Part shown: positions 43,770-54,327 of the stretch, piece by piece
How positions within the stretch are numbered: position 1 is the stretch's first letter
Layout of the letters: each line of letters starts with the position of its first letter
Origin: an uncultured Bacilli bacterium
GTDB taxonomy: Bacteria; Bacillota_I; Bacilli_A; RF39; UBA660
DNA length: 64,000 nt
NCBI GenBank assembly: GCA_910584255.1
Contig: CAJTXV010000001.1
Span: 17,130-81,129 of the forward strand
Reading direction: 5' to 3'
Program-made: the position numbers and the translations under genes
Notes under the pieces: model-generated
Told to the model about the DNA's origin: nothing
The model's database searches: none
What the model saw: the letters and a program-made list of their open reading frames with translations, nothing else

Positions 43770-43790
43770 AAGGCAAGTTTTGCCTTTTTT
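43768..43790. terminator. Bidirectional rho-independent terminator
   Basis: AAAGGCAA-gtt-TTGCCTTT stem followed by a T-run on the plus strand. Lies between a convergent small gene and smc. Confidence 0.5.
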
Positions 43791-46740
43791 ATTTGCTTTC
43801 TAATTTGACACTTACTAGTTTACTAACACCAGATTCTTGCATTGTAATTCCATAGAGTGTTTTCGCATATTCCATTGTTTTTTTCTTATGGGTTATTAAC
43901 AAAAATTGTGTTTTATTTTTATAGTGGTCTAAGTATGTACCAAAATTATCAACATTGGCTTCATCAAGAGCAGCTTCTACTTCATCGAACAAACAGAATG
44001 GTACTGTTCTTACATTTAAAATCGCAAATAGTAAACTGATGGCAGTTAGTGTTTTCTCTCCTCCAGATAATAGAGAAATGGTTGTTAGTTTTTTTCCTGG
44101 AGGGGATGCAATAATTTCTACTCCGCTTTCTAGTAAGTTATCAGGGTCTGTTAATTTTAGTGTTGCCTTTCCACCATTGAATAATTGACAGAAGACTATT
44201 TCAAATTCCTTTTCTATTTGGTTAAAGGTCTTTTTAAATTCTTCCTTCATGACTTCATCCATCTCATCAATAATTTCTAATAGTGTCTCTTGTGCACTCA
44301 ATAAATCACTTCTTTGATGATCTAAGAATTGATACCTTTCATTGACACGTTCAAATTCTTTAATAGATTCAATATTCACCATTCCAATTTTCTTTAATGT
44401 TACCTTGTAGTTTGAAACCTCACTTCGTGCATCCTCTAAAGGTATTTCTAAACTATAATTTTCTCTTGCCTTTTCAAAAGTTAATGAATATTCTTCACTT
44501 AACGTATTTAAATTATAATCTAATTTTACATCCATTCGATTAATTTTGACTTCTAATTCATGAATTTCTGTTTGTTTTTTATTTAAGTTACTATTTACTA
44601 GTTTTGTATTAGCCTCTAACTCTTCAATTTCACTTTTTAGATCTTCTTTTTCTTTCTTTTTACGATTTACTAAGATTTGTGTTTCTTCTTTTTTCTTCTG
44701 AGCCTCATAGTAAGAAGCCATCACTCGATCTTCTTCTTTTGAAATAGAAGAATCCACTACTGCATCCAAACTATGTAATTCTGAATTCACTTGTTCTTGT
44801 TGTTCTTTTAAATGACTTAAATGTTCCTCTTTATGACTTTTTTCTTCTTGTTCTAAAAGAAGTGCAGATTGTTGTTCATGTAGCTTATTTTCCATTTTCT
44901 TGATGTCTTCTTCTTGTTCTAATCTTACTTGTTCTAATTCCCCAATTACTTCCATATTTTCTTGTTTATTTCTCTCAAGTCGTTCTAATTCATATTTATC
45001 TCGAATCATATTTCTAGAAGAAGATACGATACCACCAGTCATAAATCCCCCAACATGAACAACTTCTCCTTCTAGTGTAACAATTTTATAACGATTATGT
45101 ATCTTTCTACTGATTCGGTTTGCACTATCAATATCCATTGCGACTAGAACATTTCCTAATTGATTATAGATAATGTCTTTGTATTTTGAATCAAATTTTA
45201 CTAAGTTTGCCAGTACATCAATATAACCCATTTCTACTTTTAAAAGATTCTCTGTTTCTGTATCTATATATCTACTACGAATTACATTTAAAGGAAAGAA
45301 TGTACATCTACCTAATTTATTTTCTTTTAGGTAATTAATTGCATCTTTTGCGACTGTTTCATTATCAACTACTAAAAATTGTTTACTTGCACCTAATGCA
45401 ATATCTAAGGCTGTTACAAATTTTAAATCACAATCTACTAAATTTCCAATACAATCATGAACACCTGTTAATCTTGGGTTGTTTAGAACAGATTTCACAC
45501 TACTACTTAGGTTTCCACCAGACTCAATAAAGTTTTCTAACACTTGAATCTTATTTTCTAATTCATAATTGTCTCTCTTTTTAAAAGATATTTCCTTATC
45601 TGTTTCTTCTAACTTTCTCCTACACTTTAGTAATTGTTGTTCTAAATCATTTAGATTTACTATCATTTTGGCAATGGTTTCTTCAGAAAAAGAAAGTTTT
45701 TTTGTAAGAAGAGATATTTCATTTCCTAATCGTAAATTATTTTCTTTTAATGTTGCAATTGCTTCATGAACACGCTGATCATTTGCTTGATATTTGCTTC
45801 TTTCTTGAAGCATCTTCTTTTCTCCATTGATTTTTTCTTCTTCACGCGTTAGGAATAATAATTCTTTTTGAAGATCTGCTAGTTCTGTTTCAAGTTTTAA
45901 TTCCTGGACTTTTTTTTGATTGACTTCTGCATCATTACCACTTGTTCCAGATGCGAGTGTTAGGATTTCATTATTTAAAAGTTCTAGTTTCGCTTTCGAT
46001 TGTTGATATTCACTATTTAATATTTCAATTTCATAAGCGAGTAAAGCAACTTCTACTTGTTCTAGTTTTTCTTTTGTTTCAATATATTCTCTTGCCTTTT
46101 TGCTTTGTTCTTTTAATGGTTCTAGTTGAAACTCCAATTCATGGATAATATCTTCGACCCTTTCCAAATTGTTTTTCGTTCGATCTAGTTTTCTAATTGC
46201 CTCTTCTTTTCTTTTTTTGTATTTTAAAACATGTGCAGCCTCTTCAAAAATCACTCTTCTTTCATAAGGAGAATTACTTAATATTTTTTGAACTTCTCCT
46301 TGAGAAATAATATTAAAAGACTCTTTTCCGATTCCACTATCGATTAATAAGTCTGTAATATCTTTTAATCTACACTTCTCCCCATTTAAAAAATATTCAT
46401 TTTCTCCACTTCGATATACTCTTCTTTTGACAGATACTTCCGTATAAGGAACTTTTAAATACCCGTCCGAATTATCAAAGACAAGGGAAACAGATGCAAC
46501 ATTTAAGGCATTTCTGCTTTTACTTCCAGAAAAAATAACATCACTCATGGATCCATCCCCACGAAGACTTTTTACAGATTGTTCTCCAAGAACCCAACGA
46601 ACAGCATCGACTACATTACTTTTTCCACTACCATTGGGACCTACAATACAAGTAATATTATCATCTAATACAATATTTAATTTATCTGCAAAAGATTTAA
46701 AACCTGATGCTTGTATTTCTTTTAAGTACATTACTATCAC
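43789..46740 (-). CDS. smc: Chromosome segregation protein SMC
   Basis: N-terminal Walker A FKSFADK...IVGPNGSGKSNVVDA, central hinge with glycines, long coiled coils, C-terminal signature LSGGEKTLTAISLLFAI and Walker B LFDEVEAALD. Confidence 0.9.
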   Translation of the reverse strand: MIVMYLKEIQASGFKSFADKLNIVLDDNITCIVGPNGSGKSNVVDAVRWVLGEQSVKSLRGDGSMSDVIFSGSKSRNALNVASVSLVFDNSDGYLKVPYTEVSVKRRVYRSGENEYFLNGEKCRLKDITDLLIDSGIGKESFNIISQGEVQKILSNSPYERRVIFEEAAHVLKYKKRKEEAIRKLDRTKNNLERVEDIIHELEFQLEPLKEQSKKAREYIETKEKLEQVEVALLAYEIEILNSEYQQSKAKLELLNNEILTLASGTSGNDAEVNQKKVQELKLETELADLQKELLFLTREEEKINGEKKMLQERSKYQANDQRVHEAIATLKENNLRLGNEISLLTKKLSFSEETIAKMIVNLNDLEQQLLKCRRKLEETDKEISFKKRDNYELENKIQVLENFIESGGNLSSSVKSVLNNPRLTGVHDCIGNLVDCDLKFVTALDIALGASKQFLVVDNETVAKDAINYLKENKLGRCTFFPLNVIRSRYIDTETENLLKVEMGYIDVLANLVKFDSKYKDIIYNQLGNVLVAMDIDSANRISRKIHNRYKIVTLEGEVVHVGGFMTGGIVSSSRNMIRDKYELERLERNKQENMEVIGELEQVRLEQEEDIKKMENKLHEQQSALLLEQEEKSHKEEHLSHLKEQQEQVNSELHSLDAVVDSSISKEEDRVMASYYEAQKKKEETQILVNRKKKEKEDLKSEIEELEANTKLVNSNLNKKQTEIHELEVKINRMDVKLDYNLNTLSEEYSLTFEKARENYSLEIPLEDARSEVSNYKVTLKKIGMVNIESIKEFERVNERYQFLDHQRSDLLSAQETLLEIIDEMDEVMKEEFKKTFNQIEKEFEIVFCQLFNGGKATLKLTDPDNLLESGVEIIASPPGKKLTTISLLSGGEKTLTAISLLFAILNVRTVPFCLFDEVEAALDEANVDNFGTYLDHYKNKTQFLLITHKKKTMEYAKTLYGITMQESGVSKLVSVKLESK

Positions 46741-46849
46741 CTTACCACTATTTAAAATTATACTATAAAAATGGAATCATTGCCAAGAAAAATGCTTGTC
46801 TTTTCGAAGAAAAAAAACATATAAGGACAAATTCCTATATATTTATTTT

Positions 46850-48259
46850 TTAATTTTTAATATCTCTTTTTATATAAATAATATTCGTAATTCTATAGAA
46901 TAACAAAATCAGTATCAGAGAAATGAGGATCCCTGTAGATAAACTATAATTCACTTTTTGAAGTGACTCTATATATCTTTCTGAATTATTTAGAATGAAT
47001 CCAGAATCAAAATACCATAATGGTGTATAAACAATTTGCTTTATATTTCCAATCATCATTAAGAGCCAAACTCCTGGCGTTAATACATCTAATATAGAGG
47101 ATATTCCAACAGTTAATGATGTGTTTAGAGTTAGCACTGATAAAAACAAAATAATACTTATAAAACAAATCATTGGAATGCTTACTAAAAAAATATTTTT
47201 TATCAAGTATAAGTAATAATTTACTTCTATTACTTCATTTCCCACATATAAAATTTTTGGTGTCAATAAATCGGAAAATCCATATTTCATTCCTGCACAT
47301 AGACTTAGAATTAGTAATCCTAAAAACCAAATCAAATACATATCTATTACTAAGTAAATAAATTTACTAAGCAAGATTTTCCATCTTCTAACGGGGGATG
47401 TAATGATGTTTTTAATGGTACCACTATTATGTTCATTACTGATCACTCCACCACTTGTAATTGCAATAATTAAAGCGATGATTCCTGAAAAATGATAAAT
47501 ATGATTTACTTTTAATTTCGTATTTTGATACATGATACTTTCTACGATACCATCATGGTAGTTATAAAATTGATCATGTTTTATATTATGTTTGGTACTG
47601 TATAATAAAATTTCACTATTTTTTATTGCATTCTCTTTTAATTTTTGATGATAGGATAGGTAGGTTTCATAAGTAGGATATTCGTAATTTGCTTTAAATT
47701 CGTTTTTACTTAACAATTCCATATTTGCATTTTTTTCTAGTTTTTGATAATGTAAATATTTTTTTTCTACTAATTCTGTACTTTTTCCTATTTTCTTTTC
47801 CATGATTACGTCTATCATTGGTGTTTTTTCTATGACATGATTTTCTACTTCATACTCTAGATATTTGTAAAATTTATTTTCTTGTAATAAGTTTTCATAA
47901 TCTCTAATTTTGATTTTATTTTTTTGATATAGCTTTTCTAATTGAACATGTGTAGGTTCTTCACATAAAGTAGAGATTTCTTTTCTATATTCTAATTCAT
48001 CAGGTTCTAAATTCATACATTCATTTTTAATATATAAATTTCCCTCGTTTTCTTCTATCCTTTCTATTAAATAGTTTTGACGAACTAAGGGCATCAATTT
48101 CTCTTGTATCATATCAATTCTAAAATCATTGGATGTTTGAACTTTATTATTTATTAACATTTCCATATATTCAATATATTTTTTATAGTAATATACATTA
48201 TACTCTTCTTCAAATGTTTTCATTTTCTTTGGTTCTGTTTCATCTAAATAAGGACACAC
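46850..48259 (-). CDS. ABC-2-type transporter permease with N-terminal soluble extension
   Basis: The C-terminal half has six hydrophobic helices typical of ABC-2 permeases. Directly downstream of the decayed ABC ATPase gene. Confidence 0.5.
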   Translation of the reverse strand: MCPYLDETEPKKMKTFEEEYNVYYYKKYIEYMEMLINNKVQTSNDFRIDMIQEKLMPLVRQNYLIERIEENEGNLYIKNECMNLEPDELEYRKEISTLCEEPTHVQLEKLYQKNKIKIRDYENLLQENKFYKYLEYEVENHVIEKTPMIDVIMEKKIGKSTELVEKKYLHYQKLEKNANMELLSKNEFKANYEYPTYETYLSYHQKLKENAIKNSEILLYSTKHNIKHDQFYNYHDGIVESIMYQNTKLKVNHIYHFSGIIALIIAITSGGVISNEHNSGTIKNIITSPVRRWKILLSKFIYLVIDMYLIWFLGLLILSLCAGMKYGFSDLLTPKILYVGNEVIEVNYYLYLIKNIFLVSIPMICFISIILFLSVLTLNTSLTVGISSILDVLTPGVWLLMMIGNIKQIVYTPLWYFDSGFILNNSERYIESLQKVNYSLSTGILISLILILLFYRITNIIYIKRDIKN

Positions 48260-48330
48260 CTATTAAGAGTAAAGTAATAACTAGCCATCTTTTAATATTA
48301 TAATTTTTTATAAATTCAGCTCTTATTAAA

Positions 48331-49330
48331 TTAATTATTTTCAATTGATTCACCACTTTCAAAAACTTCTGTTTTATTAAAATACACTTCTTCTAAACTT
48401 TTATTTCTATATTTTACTTCTTCTATTCTAAAATTACTTACGATTTTCCCTTTATCTATAATAATGATCTGATCACAAATATTTTCTATTTCTGATAAAA
48501 TATGGCTACTAATTAAAATACTCATATTTTCTTCTATACTAATTGTTTTTAACATTTGTCGTAGTTCTTTGATTCCCTTAGGATTCAATTCATTGGTTGG
48601 CTCATCTAAAATTAGTAATTTAGGTTTCTTGATCAGCGCTGTAGCAATCGCAAGTCTCTGTTTCATTCCTAATGAATATTTTTTTACTTTATCATGAATT
48701 CTGTCGTTTAATTTTACAAATTAAATCATTTTATCTGTATATTCCTTATCCTTAATACCATTAATTAGTTCAATAATTCTTAAATTTTTTCTACCTGTTA
48801 AATTTTCATATTTCATTTGAATTTTCAACCATACATCCAATTTTCGATAATGCATTTTCTAACTCTATTTTTGTATCATATTCACATATTTTTACATTAC
48901 CAGAATCATATTTATAAAGGTTTACAATTGTTTTAATCAAGGTTGTCTTTCCTGCACCATTTGGTCCAATTAATCCGATAATGTCTCCTTCATATATTTC
49001 AAGACTAATATCATTTAATACTTTTTATCTTTAAAGGATTTAGATAAATGCTTTACCTCTAATACTTTATCGTGATGGTTTTCATCAATTTCTTTTTTCT
49101 TAAAATTTCTTTCTCCATTTAGTATTTCCTTCACACTAATTTCAAATATTTCTGGCAATAGTTTTAAAAAGTAAACATTGGGAAGACATCTACCATTTTC
49201 CCATTTACTTACTGCCTTATCAGTAATTTCTAATTTATCAGCTAATTCTTGTTGAGTTAAGTGACTTTCTTGTCTTAATTCTTTAATAAATTTTCCGACT
49301 TTTTCTTAATCCACTTCATTTACCTCGAAC
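48331..49330 (-). pseudogene. Disrupted gene for XRE-type HTH domain fused to ABC transporter ATP-binding protein (at least 2 frameshifts at A-runs plus one in-frame TAA)
   Basis: Minus-strand translation gives MKWIKKK | (frameshift in aagaaaaag) VGKFIKELRQESHLTQQELADKLEITDKAVSKWENG (XRE HTH) ...LEVKHLSKSFKDKK | (frameshift in gataaaaag) VLNDISLEIYEGDIIGLIGPNGAGKTT (Walker A) ...TDKMI-TAA-FVKLNDRIHDKVKKYSLGMKQRLAIA...LLILDEPT (signature/Walker B in the 111-aa ORF). Confidence 0.6.
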
Positions 49331-49451
49331 TCATTATACAATATTTTATTGTAATAAAGACTATACCATTCGTATAGTTCTTATTTGAGTCTATTTATAC
49401 AGTAATAAAAGCATCCAAAAAATAAGGTCTAGACTATTTTAGTCTAGGCCT

Positions 49452-50330
49452 TTACTTATCTTCATTTCTTCTTTCACTAATCACATTGGTAATCGTATCG
49501 ATATCATAGCCTTTTTGTCGAATATAGGAAATAATCGAAGGAAGTTCTTTCAATGTTACTTCTGTTAAGTTAAAGCTAATTAGACTTCCATTTTCTAAAT
49601 TCTTTTTAATCGATAGGAATGGATAACTTCCAGTAGAAATGGTTGGCTTAATTGTATGCATTGAATTCTTACTACAAAGGTCTAGGATATTACTATCCTT
49701 ATAATCAGTATAACAGTAATTGGTATTTTTCTTAGTAAGAGAAGTAATCATATTATTCGTCCACTGAAATTTATCAGAAGAGTATCTTCCTTGATATCCT
49801 AAATTTTCAATTTCATATCCAGACGATGCCAGATGTGATACGGTATCCATGTTTTGTTCAATGATTTCTCCATCCATAAAAAAGGTTGCTACTACTTCCT
49901 TTTCTCCTAAGATATTCACTAACTGATTGAGGTATGTAATATCATCTACTTTAAAGATTAAAGCTACTTGACTTTTCGAAGAATTTCCTTGAATCACATA
50001 CTTATCATATTGTTCTTCTAGTGGGGTTGTTGGAGTCACTTCATCGAAGACTAGCATACTGCTTCGATATTGGTTAATTTTTTTCATTTCATTAAAACTT
50101 TTCTCAATGTTCACTTTTTTTCCGTTTAATCCTGATATCATTTCATCTCCAAATATATAGGCGTTCACTGGATCCATTTCATATTTGGAGGCTTCTTTTT
50201 CGATTTGTTTCATGACTGGATCATTCTTTCTAATAATATCTACGGCTTTTTCTGTGTAAAAAAAACTAAAACATACTAGGACAAAAATTCCTAAGTAAGA
50301 CGCATATCTTTTATAGAATTTCATTAACAT
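49452..50330 (-). CDS. Membrane-anchored protein, possibly polysaccharide deacetylase (NodB-like) family
   Basis: N-terminal TM helix. VALIFKVDDITY...VVATFFMDGE resembles the NodB TFDDG/FF(V)IG arrangement. Weak. Confidence 0.3.
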   Translation of the reverse strand: MLMKFYKRYASYLGIFVLVCFSFFYTEKAVDIIRKNDPVMKQIEKEASKYEMDPVNAYIFGDEMISGLNGKKVNIEKSFNEMKKINQYRSSMLVFDEVTPTTPLEEQYDKYVIQGNSSKSQVALIFKVDDITYLNQLVNILGEKEVVATFFMDGEIIEQNMDTVSHLASSGYEIENLGYQGRYSSDKFQWTNNMITSLTKKNTNYCYTDYKDSNILDLCSKNSMHTIKPTISTGSYPFLSIKKNLENGSLISFNLTEVTLKELPSIISYIRQKGYDIDTITNVISERRNEDK

Positions 50331-50438
50331 AGAATCACCTATTTAAAAATATGAATTCATTTTGCTAAGTAGAACTGGACCCAGGCGTTCTTTTAGTTTT
50401 TACAAGAAATTTTCTCAAAAAACAATTCATTGTTTCTA

Positions 50439-53400
50439 TTATTCAATTGTAAATGGATCTTGCTCTGTTCCCCTTCCTCCTGTTTTTTTCATATTTGTAT
50501 TTAGAAATACACTAGGACGTATGGCATAGGTATTGTATGCACTACTATAATATAAATATCCATTCCCATTGATATTAAATGCATAATATGCATGATTCGA
50601 TCTTGGAGTTAGAGTCCATTCAGTAGTCGCTAAATAGAGCCAATCATTTTCTTTACAATTGTTTTCATTATAGTTATGTATATTCTGTGATAAGCATATG
50701 CTTCTTACATTTTTCCCTACGGCATAACCATAATCACTTGGATACATTAATCCTACATATCCTTTCCATGTTGCTGGTCTTCCACTATATACATTAATTC
50801 CTCTTTCCTTTGTATAGAAATTTAAAACTGTATCCTCATAGGTATTGTGTCCACCTATATTCCATTTGATATTACTAATCATTCCTTTTGCATCCATAGT
50901 TAACCCTATACTACTAAAATTACAAGAGGTAACTGCACCATTTTTGCCACTAGAGCATGTTCCACTTGATTGGTTCCAATAATGTCCATGATTTAAAATT
51001 TCCATTAAGGTTGCATCACTCCAATCATTACTTCCATTCGCTGAAGTTGAGGAACCTACTCCACTCAACTTGTTATCCCATGAGTATTCACCAATCGATT
51101 CATCTCTAATTAACTTGACACGACTTTTCTTGTCTCCAGATGCATCTTCTATATTATTCATGACTCCAATGATTCTCCATAATTCATTATTGAATCTTAC
51201 GTAATTATTTGGATTTAATCCTATATACCTTAAATTATTATCTATCGTATCATCATATATTAGATTATTCGTATCTATTTCTGACAGGTGAATAAGGTAT
51301 TCTGTTAGAAGTAATTCTTTAAATGAAACACTACAAGTACTTTCGCTTAATTTCTTATTATTAGAAATCGTAATTTCTTGAGATGACGTTTCAGTAATTC
51401 CTACTTTCACATTTGTAGTATATCCATTTGTACAGCTGATACTTGATAAATAATATCCAGGATTTGGTGTTACAGTAAATGTGTTACTACCTCCATATGG
51501 AACCGATAAATTAGAAACACTTGTCGTTCCACCTGTATTTTTATTGATTGTTACCGTATACTGTTTGGGTGTCCAATTCGCTGTATAACTTTTATTTCCT
51601 ATACTTCCTTTTGGTATCGTCACCGTCATTTTCGGTGTAGTTTCCCCTTCCGTAGTCCATCCTAAAAAGTCGTACCCTGTTTTGGTTGGATTCTTTAGTG
51701 TCACTAAACTTTCCATTGTATAAGTGGTTGGATACTCCCCTTCGATTATCCCTCCATCTAAGTTATATTCAATTTTATAGATGGCTAAACTAAATGTGGC
51801 ATTACAAATACTACCAACATTTTCATGATTATTACTAATTGTAATCGTTTGTTCTTCACTAGAAGAAGAATGGATGAGTGCATTATTTTTATAGCCATTC
51901 GTACAGCTAAAATCTTCTAAATAATATCCTAACTTAGGATTTACAAGTACTGTATTTGTCTTCCCAAAAGAGATTGTTAAAGTTGTTGGTTGGATTTTGC
52001 CATACGTATTGTGATTTATGATTACTGTGTATTCTTTTTTTACTGGTGGTTCTTTTAGGAGATTTCCGCCTTCAAAAATTCCATCTGTATTGGTATCCTC
52101 TCCTATATTCAAAATTTCTGGAGTAATCACTTCTAAGTTTGGTGAGTACTTAAACATATCTCTCATGTCTAAGACATTGGTTAAATTATCATCTTTAAAA
52201 TTTACTTCTTTTAGTTTCATGCAGTTTTCAAACATTCCTTGCATGGTTTGAACTTTTGATATATCTAGTCCGTTTAAATCTACTTTTGTTAAATTGATAC
52301 AGTCATGAAACATATAACTCATATCAGTAACATTACTGGTATCAAAGTGACTTAAGTCAATACTTGTTAAACTTCTACACCTTCCAAACATGTGACTCAT
52401 ATTCGTAACTTTGGAAGTATCAAAGTATTCGATTCCTTCGATAGTTTCTAAATTTTTAAATTGATCGAATAAATAACTACTATCAGGATTCGCTATTACT
52501 TTTCCGTCTCCTTGAATATAAGCAGTATACCCTCCATTCTCGCTTACGATATAGACTAGAACACCATTATTTTTTTCCTTGGATATATCAAATACTTCTA
52601 CTGCATTTGACAATTCTTTAAAAGTATCCTGAAATATAATTTTTTTAATTGTGTCTTTATATTCCCATAATTCTTCTGTATCTACATGGTTAACTTTTCG
52701 AATCGTAGAATCTCGATATGTATAAATGGTTCCATCCATGTTTTTCTTTATGGATAATTTTGACCACACAGCACGAAGTGTAACGTCCGACTCTGGCATT
52801 TGAAAACTACCATCATTTGGTAAATCCAATTCTTCTGTTACATTCTTCCATCCTTCAAATTGATACCCTTTACATGTAGGTATATCGCTTGGTACTTCCA
52901 CCGTTTCATACACTAGGTATGTACTTTTTTCTGGGACATTTTTAACTGTACATTCACTAGGTTCATTTTTATCATACATAATATCAAAATATCTTCCCAA
53001 AACAGGGGTTAAAGTGCTTGTAACTTTTTCATCTATATCTTTTATTTGATATCTAATTTCTTCTCTTTCACTGATTAAGTATATTTCTTCTGTCGATTCT
53101 ATTTTTCTAGTAATTACATATTCTAATTGACTACTTCCACCACTCGGAAGTCCATCTAAATTCCAATTTAGCCTATTTCTTTCTCTTTCTACATTTCCAT
53201 TTGTTACCTTCATGTTTTGAATACTTTCTGCATCAAAAAAATTGGTATTTAAAAAGTCTGTAATTTGAAATTTTTGATACCCCTTTGTACAGTCTAGGGC
53301 TTGTTGTAGATGGCTCTCAATATTTTCACTATTTGATAAAAAGACTTGATCACCAATTTGGGAGATTTTTTCTATATCTCCCTCCATTTCATAGGGAATC

Positions 53401-54062
53401 ACTGATACTGCTATATTTGGGTATTGATTTTTCAAGTAATCAAATTGTCCAATTTCATTTGGTATTTCCTTACTAGGATATCCTCCCATGATTAAAATAA
53501 TATTTGTATCTATTAGATGGTTTTGATCTTCTTTCAATATTTGTTCTACATTTAAAAAAGCTTGATAGAGATTTCTTCCTTCTGTTTCTACTGTTAAATT
53601 TTCGATTTTTTCTTTTAATTTTTCTTGATTACTTGTAAAATTTGAAATAATTTTAGAAGAATTATTATACGTAATGATTGCCATTTGTTTATTAGAATCA
53701 ACCATATTTATAATATTTTGGAGTTCTCTTTTAATTCCTAAAACTTTTTCATTTTTCATTGTATTGGAGGTATCTAATACAATAATTATATTTTTATCAG
53801 ACGCTTCTTCTAAGGAAATTGTTTTTAAATCTAAAGTGACTCTTACTTTATCACTAGATATCCATTTTGCACTTTTCGTAACTCTAAAACTTCCTGGGGT
53901 TTGATTTTGATAATTTAATTCCATAGAATCTACGGTAATACTGGATACCAATTCTGGGACTGAATAGGAAGATACAATAAAAATACATAGAAAAAAAAGA
54001 ACCATAAAACAAAAAAGAATGATTGTAAATTTCCTAGTTCCCCTTATTCTATTCTTATTCAT
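50439..54062 (-). CDS. Large N-terminally anchored surface protein: vWA domain, Listeria-Bacteroides (Flg_new) repeats, DUF285/BspA-like leucine-rich repeats, novel W/Y-rich C-terminal domain
   Basis: N-terminal TM. vWA MIDAS IIVLDTSNTM. DUF285-type repeats FDTSKVTNMSHMFGRCRSLTSIDLSHFDTSNVTDMSYMFHDCINLTKVDLNGLD. GW repeats (CKGYQFEGW, TGYDFLGWTTEGE). C-terminal about 350 aa containing WTLTP...AYNTYAIRPSVFL. Confidence 0.8.
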   Translation of the reverse strand: MNKNRIRGTRKFTIILFCFMVLFFLCIFIVSSYSVPELVSSITVDSMELNYQNQTPGSFRVTKSAKWISSDKVRVTLDLKTISLEEASDKNIIIVLDTSNTMKNEKVLGIKRELQNIINMVDSNKQMAIITYNNSSKIISNFTSNQEKLKEKIENLTVETEGRNLYQAFLNVEQILKEDQNHLIDTNIILIMGGYPSKEIPNEIGQFDYLKNQYPNIAVSVIPYEMEGDIEKISQIGDQVFLSNSENIESHLQQALDCTKGYQKFQITDFLNTNFFDAESIQNMKVTNGNVERERNRLNWNLDGLPSGGSSQLEYVITRKIESTEEIYLISEREEIRYQIKDIDEKVTSTLTPVLGRYFDIMYDKNEPSECTVKNVPEKSTYLVYETVEVPSDIPTCKGYQFEGWKNVTEELDLPNDGSFQMPESDVTLRAVWSKLSIKKNMDGTIYTYRDSTIRKVNHVDTEELWEYKDTIKKIIFQDTFKELSNAVEVFDISKEKNNGVLVYIVSENGGYTAYIQGDGKVIANPDSSYLFDQFKNLETIEGIEYFDTSKVTNMSHMFGRCRSLTSIDLSHFDTSNVTDMSYMFHDCINLTKVDLNGLDISKVQTMQGMFENCMKLKEVNFKDDNLTNVLDMRDMFKYSPNLEVITPEILNIGEDTNTDGIFEGGNLLKEPPVKKEYTVIINHNTYGKIQPTTLTISFGKTNTVLVNPKLGYYLEDFSCTNGYKNNALIHSSSSEEQTITISNNHENVGSICNATFSLAIYKIEYNLDGGIIEGEYPTTYTMESLVTLKNPTKTGYDFLGWTTEGETTPKMTVTIPKGSIGNKSYTANWTPKQYTVTINKNTGGTTSVSNLSVPYGGSNTFTVTPNPGYYLSSISCTNGYTTNVKVGITETSSQEITISNNKKLSESTCSVSFKELLLTEYLIHLSEIDTNNLIYDDTIDNNLRYIGLNPNNYVRFNNELWRIIGVMNNIEDASGDKKSRVKLIRDESIGEYSWDNKLSGVGSSTSANGSNDWSDATLMEILNHGHYWNQSSGTCSSGKNGAVTSCNFSSIGLTMDAKGMISNIKWNIGGHNTYEDTVLNFYTKERGINVYSGRPATWKGYVGLMYPSDYGYAVGKNVRSICLSQNIHNYNENNCKENDWLYLATTEWTLTPRSNHAYYAFNINGNGYLYYSSAYNTYAIRPSVFLNTNMKKTGGRGTEQDPFTIE

Positions 54063-54327
54063 AGTTAATCCTCCAATAATAAATACAGTAAATTAGTAAA
54101 GAAACTTTGATATTATCATATATTTATAATTGAAAGTATTTTGTCGAATTTTAAAAGAAAACGTGAAACTAGTTTTTTTCCTATCACTCTATGAATCAAA
54201 CGAAGACTATTCTTATATGAATACACATTGTTTTGTTTTAGTTTTACTTTTTTAATAAAATTATTGATTTTCTATTTGTTTATTTTCATTTATATATTGG
54301 TAATTCAGTGTATTCAATTACTAATTA

